NCBI GenBank assembly: GCA_964016885.1 | Contig: OZ024740.1 | Span: forward strand, 300,886,001 to 300,950,000 | Source: Eledone cirrhosa | Lineage: Eukaryota | Direction: 5' to 3' | Length of the DNA stretch: 64,000 nt | In this document: positions 58,946 to 64,000 of the stretch, in pieces | How the letters are laid out: each line of letters begins with the position of its first letter | How positions within the stretch are numbered: the first letter of the stretch is position 1 | The notes under the pieces: generated by a model | Database searches by the model: none | What the model was told of the DNA's origin: nothing | The model's input: only the letters and a program-made list of their open reading frames with translations | Translations under genes and position numbers: made by a program

Positions 58946-59016
<71 letters not shown>

Positions 59017-59261
59017 GTTATTATATATATATAATATAATATTATATATATATATATATATATGTATAATATATATATGAACATATTTATTCTTATGAAG
59101 TTGGTTTGTTGTATATAACACATTCTTAAATAAAATTATATGGAAGAAATTTATACATGAACAACTTTTCATGAGAGAATCAGGATTGTTGTTGAATGAA
59201 CTTGTAGCCGTACTATTTATAAGCATGAAATTTGAAAACTTGTTATTCATAACATAATTGT

Positions 59262-59442
59262 TTCTACTGTTGGCACAAGGCCAGCAATTAACCAGTGCAT
59301 TACTGGTACTTTATGTTATCGACCCCATAAGGATGAAAGGCAAATTTAACCTCGGCGTGATTTGAACTCAAAATGGCCAGAGCCTTAACTCGATGCGTCA
59401 AAGCATGGCGTCCGACCCTCTACCGATACTGCCAATCCACTG
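59262..59442 (-). mobile_element. tRNA-derived SINE copy
   Basis: Reverse-complement match to 61760-61950. Confidence 0.75.
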
Positions 59443-59598
59443 AAGACAATGTAGATGTGTATGTTGATGGCTATAAGTATCATATATACATCAAATGGTG
59501 TTCATCTATGAAATAAATTATAACAGCAAATTAACAAATAAAGACTGCATATAAAAAAATTCATCGCTTTCTTAATGTCTCTCTCTCCCTCCTTCTCT

Positions 59599-59640
<42 letters not shown>

Positions 59641-59779
59641 GTCATTGTGTGTGTGGGGGGAGGTGGGTACGTGCATGTGCACGCACCGTATATCTGTATG
59701 CGTGCATGAGTGTGTATGTGTGTGTGTCAAAAAATCCACTTCGGTCATGAATTAGTATCACTTTTGCACCTTGTAATTC

Positions 59780-60060
59780 CCCTCCTGGACAAAAGCCCGG
59801 GTAACGTGTTATGTGGAAGACCAGCAATTTCCCGTTACATATCCGTCTCCCCTCATCACAACACTGATGATTTCCAAGAGAAAAGCAAAGGGCGGTGCAG
59901 CTTGGGCCTGTGACGTCGCAAATCCCTTTTACAGCTGAGTGAAATATAGCAACACGAAATATTGAGTCTTGCCCAAAGTCACAACGCATCCCCCATTTCC
60001 TGATTCGAAATGAAAACCTCACGACCGTAAATTCAACTCCCTAAACACTATACCACGTGA
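59780..60060 (-). mobile_element. Diverged CORE-type SINE
   Basis: Minus strand GCGTTGTGACTTTGGGCAAGACTC..CACTCAGCTGTAAAA. Confidence 0.55.
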
Positions 60061-60346
60061 TCGTTCTCCATTCCGAGAATTTTACACTTAAGCGGTCAGT
60101 TCAATAATATGTCCTTTCACTGTGGGGTCACTTGATATGATGATAGTCTCACGACTCTGATGTATTTTAGTTGCACTCTGCCTAGATAACAGTTGGTGAA
60201 ACTGTACAGTTGGCACTTCGATGGAAACATTAGTTAGATCTTGTCTGTATTCTCTTCACATTTATCCTCGTTATATAGGTCTGATTAATTGAGTATTTTT
60301 CTTAAATCTTTCAGTCATTCAGCGAAAGTGGTAAAGGAAGGACACC

Positions 60347-60394
<48 letters not shown>

Positions 60395-60428
60395 TTATGT
60401 ATTTAAATGTATGTGATACTTATTAATT

Positions 60429-60484
<56 letters not shown>

Positions 60485-60537
60485 CCTACGTACACTCAAG
60501 AAACCTCTCTCTCTCTCACAAACATACACTCGAGCGC

Positions 60538-60576
<39 letters not shown>

Positions 60577-61759
60577 AGTGTGTGTGTGAGTGACTGTTTG
60601 TGTGTGTGTGTATCTGTGTTTCTCTGTTGAGAGCTTAATATATACTTGTGGATTTGTCATAGCCAGAATGAAGTAATGGAATTGAGTTCATAAGGAATTA
60701 AACGTCAGTGGCAATTCGCGTGTGATCTGTGATATAAAATCAGCGTCAAAAACGCGATTTTATATGCTTGGATCCGAAACATTCGAATTAATGTTGCACA
60801 GGAAAATGGCGGATGTTAGAATATTACATGTAGAAATAATTCAGTAACAATTGCAATCTTTTTTATGACATGAATGATAATGACACAAATGAACATTTGG
60901 TAGGAATGGCGCATTTCACTTTTCCTAATTAAAATTTAATTCTAAATTTTAAAGAACCGTTAATTTCGTTGGTTCTGAGAAAAATACAGGAAAGCACAAT
61001 AAAATTACATAATTTGGGATAATTAAAAGTGAATGTTTTGCCCATCGCCTTTGATTAGCAATTGGGTGTTCTCGCAAATCTAATGAGCCCTTAAACAGAT
61101 TAATTAAATCTGACGTAGTCGCACTCTATTTTTTTGAAAGGTGACCAAATACATCCTGCATAATGAATGCTTAAATTTGCCTTTTGGCTTTAATGTTTAT
61201 TCATTTATTTCTAAATGGAATAGCACCAGTAAGTAAAAAGAACATAAAGATATTACGCTTGAAAATATTTGTTTCTTTTTATGCGTTGCTATTTATTTTT
61301 ATTTCACGTAAATTCAGAGTATAGACATCTACATCTGGATCTTTTGCTATCATGTTTTATATTCGTCGGGAATACGTTTATGGTGCATTCATGAGGAAAT
61401 CCACTTAAGTTTAAGATTGTAAAGAATTAATAAACATTTCTTAACCTACAGTTAAATGTGCAATTATTGCTCAGTTTACCGTCTATGTAATTATTACGTG
61501 TGTAAAACGTAACTTCTTCATTCTTAACACTGCAATGCTTACAGAGTTGCCTGACAACGATATGAAGCTTCCTAATATGCCATGCATTTGGTTATTTAAC
61601 ATTTTAAAGACAAATGCGGAATAAAAGATTGGAAAAGAACAAGGAATTGCAAAAGATTATTTCCTTGTTTTGAGCACGATCTAAAGGATTTCTACATATT
61701 TTTAAATATCTAATTATTAGAATTGCAGAGATTATTCAGAGAAGACCTAACATTATTAC

Positions 61760-61950
61760 AGCGGTGAATTGGCAGTATCGGTAGAGGGTCGGAAGCCAAG
61801 CTTTAACGCATCGAGTTACGGCCCTTGCCATTCTGAGTTTAAATCCCGCCGAGGTTAACTTTGCCTTTCATCAATACGGAGTCGATAAAATAAAGTACCA
61901 GTAATGTACTGGGTAATTGCTGGCCTTGTGCCAATAGTAGAAAACATTAT
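61760..61950 (+). mobile_element. tRNA-derived SINE copy
   Basis: GCGGTGAATTGGCAG..GAGTTTAAATCCCGCCGAGG..TTTGCCTTTCATC..GTCGATAAAATAAAGTACCAGT. Confidence 0.75.
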
Positions 61951-62183
61951 TACACGTTCCTCCTTACCTCTGCTCAGGCCTAGACAGAAACTTCCCTTCC
62001 TCTGTGTCTATTTCTCTCTCTGTGTCTCTCTTTCTCTCTCCCTCTCACTCTATCTCTCTCTCTCTCTCTCCATATATATGTATGTGTATGTATATGTGTA
62101 TGTGTATGTGTTTGTGAGTATGAGTGTGTTTGTGTGCGAATGTCCCGCCCGTTCCCTCAATCTAACTTATATCTGATTCTTTC

Positions 62184-62215
62184 TTTTGATGAAGGACGAG
62201 CGTCCGAAACGTCAA
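62184..62215 (+). ncRNA. Possible minimal hammerhead variant
   Basis: TT-TTGATGA-A-GGAC gagc GTCC-GAAA-CG-TC-AA; stem I only 2 bp. Confidence 0.4.
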
Positions 62216-62369
62216 CCTAATACATTCCTTCCATACACTGTACATATTATGTTGTTATTTCTGTTTACCTTTTACATACATATGTATATATTTATAAAGA
62301 AAAAAAGATGAAATCGAAATGCAACTGGAGTCTTATTTTTAAAAAAATATATATATATTTATTTGGTTC

Positions 62370-62405
62370 CTTTACCGGTTTCGCAGTTCTTCTGCTTTTC
62401 AAAAG
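62370..62405 (-). ncRNA. Minimal hammerhead, U3-A8 core variant, inside fold-back cassette 62293-62509
   Basis: CTT-TTGAAAA-GCAG aagaa CTGC-GAAA-CCGG-TA-AAG; adjacent palindrome 62409-62473. Confidence 0.55.
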
Positions 62406-64000
62406 TAGAGTTGAGATGGAAGGTTTGTGGTTTTTCTCATGTGAGAAAAACCACAGACCCTCCATCTCAACTCCAGTTGCATTTTCGATTTGATCTTTTT
62501 TTCTTTATACTTTCACTCGTGTAGGACACCTCGGTTATTTTTCATTTTGTAAAAAAGAACTCACTTTCTAATATATATAAATATATATATATTTATATAT
62601 ATATATATATATATATATACAATAGTAAGTCTACAAAAGTTGATATGTATATCATTCCGGTATCACCATTTCTCTATCTGTTTTACTCTCTATATAGCGT
62701 ATTGGTTCAGCCTCCTGCGCGTATATACTCACACATATAACAACACATATATATGTGTATGTGTGTGTTTCTTCGTTTGCATGCATATATCAGAGTTTGT
62801 GTATTTGCGTAAGCATGTGTTTGTGTGAGATTATGGAAGTGCTTGCGAATGAAGATACGTAGTGTAGACCCGTATATTTGGATGCATTTGTAGAGCCTTC
62901 ATGTTTCAGTAATAATTTTGCATTTTTATTATTTTGCTATTGTGTACCACATATAGTTTGTTTTCTGCTCATTGCCATCGACAAGGAATTCTTTTCAATC
63001 AATTTATTACAAGTATGTTGGAAAATAGTTATGCAAAAACGAGAGTATGAATAATAGGTTTATAATTAACATATAGATATGTAAATGTGAATTTGGACAT
63101 AACTATCGCAACTAATGCAGGATCAATCATTTAAGGGCAACTCTGTAATAGTCTATTTGACTTTCAATAAAGACTAATTGGACGTCTCATTGATTTTGAA
63201 TGCTAAGTATGAATGCATTTATTTAGCCCTCATTGTCATGTAAACAATTCTTAAAACTAATTTCTTTCTAATTTTCTTTCGTCATATTATATAGAAATGA
63301 AGACACACTGTTAGTTGATAAATAGTGAATAATATACACTGACATTTATATGATAATACCTCCATAAATATATACGGAATAACAGGCAAAGCTCCGGGGA
63401 CACTCGCTGCGGGAAATGCTAATAAAAAGTGTGAGCTATCACAATTAAAGCAAACATTCAGGAAATGTTCTAATGGCAGTAGGAAAGTGTTAAAATGAGA
63501 AATAGTGGAGGAAGGAAAACAAAACTTGGCTTGCTCTATTCCTATATGTAATTCCATTCTTACATTGAAACACACACACACACACACGCGCACATACATA
63601 CACACACACACACACATACATACATACATACATACATACATACATACATAAATACATACATATTGTATCGTCGATCACTCAGTTTAGCAATAGACCAGTA
63701 TTGATTCCATTTTAAGCAAAGAGATAGAATAAGCCAGTGGACGTGCGTTTTGGTTTTCAACATAAATTTAGAATAGCAATCAAACATTCTGTGGCTGGTC
63801 TTAGCAGTATTAAAATGGACAGGCATGTGAATATTTCGTGGACTCAAAATGACATGCGAGCCTGTGAAGGGGGTATTGTGTAGCATACTGCAGCAAAATG
63901 CAATTAACATTCTTGTATGAATGCCTTCATGTGTGTTTTCAGGCATGTTGTACGTAAAACTGTGCCAGAGGTGCGTATTCACACTTCTACAATAGTCATA

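Overview
Very AT-rich, repeat-dominated animal DNA; the (TA)n load and SINE types suggest an octopus or other cephalopod (inference). No host protein-coding gene is recognisable, and nearly all long Y/I ORFs in the track are (TA)n artefacts. The one intact gene is a Penelope-like retroelement (PLE) ORF at 11388..14027 (RT + C-terminal GIY-YIG), preceded by a 2.75 kb near-identical inverted copy of its own 3' part. There are two further decayed PLEs of a different, Naiad-like lineage, decayed Tx1/L1, RTE and RLE LINE remnants, tRNA-derived SINEs and a 200-N gap. The main hidden signal: by eye I find about 24 type I hammerhead ribozyme (HHR) motifs or variants in about 13 sequence families, mostly in short non-coding cassettes inside (TA)n tracts. 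Many share the PLE architecture of partial tandem plus 5' inversion. They include a 478-480 bp tandem retrozyme-like array (6 HHRs), a 557/521 bp family with a much extended stem II and clear covariation, and U3-A8 core variants. All folds are manual; none is computed or tested.
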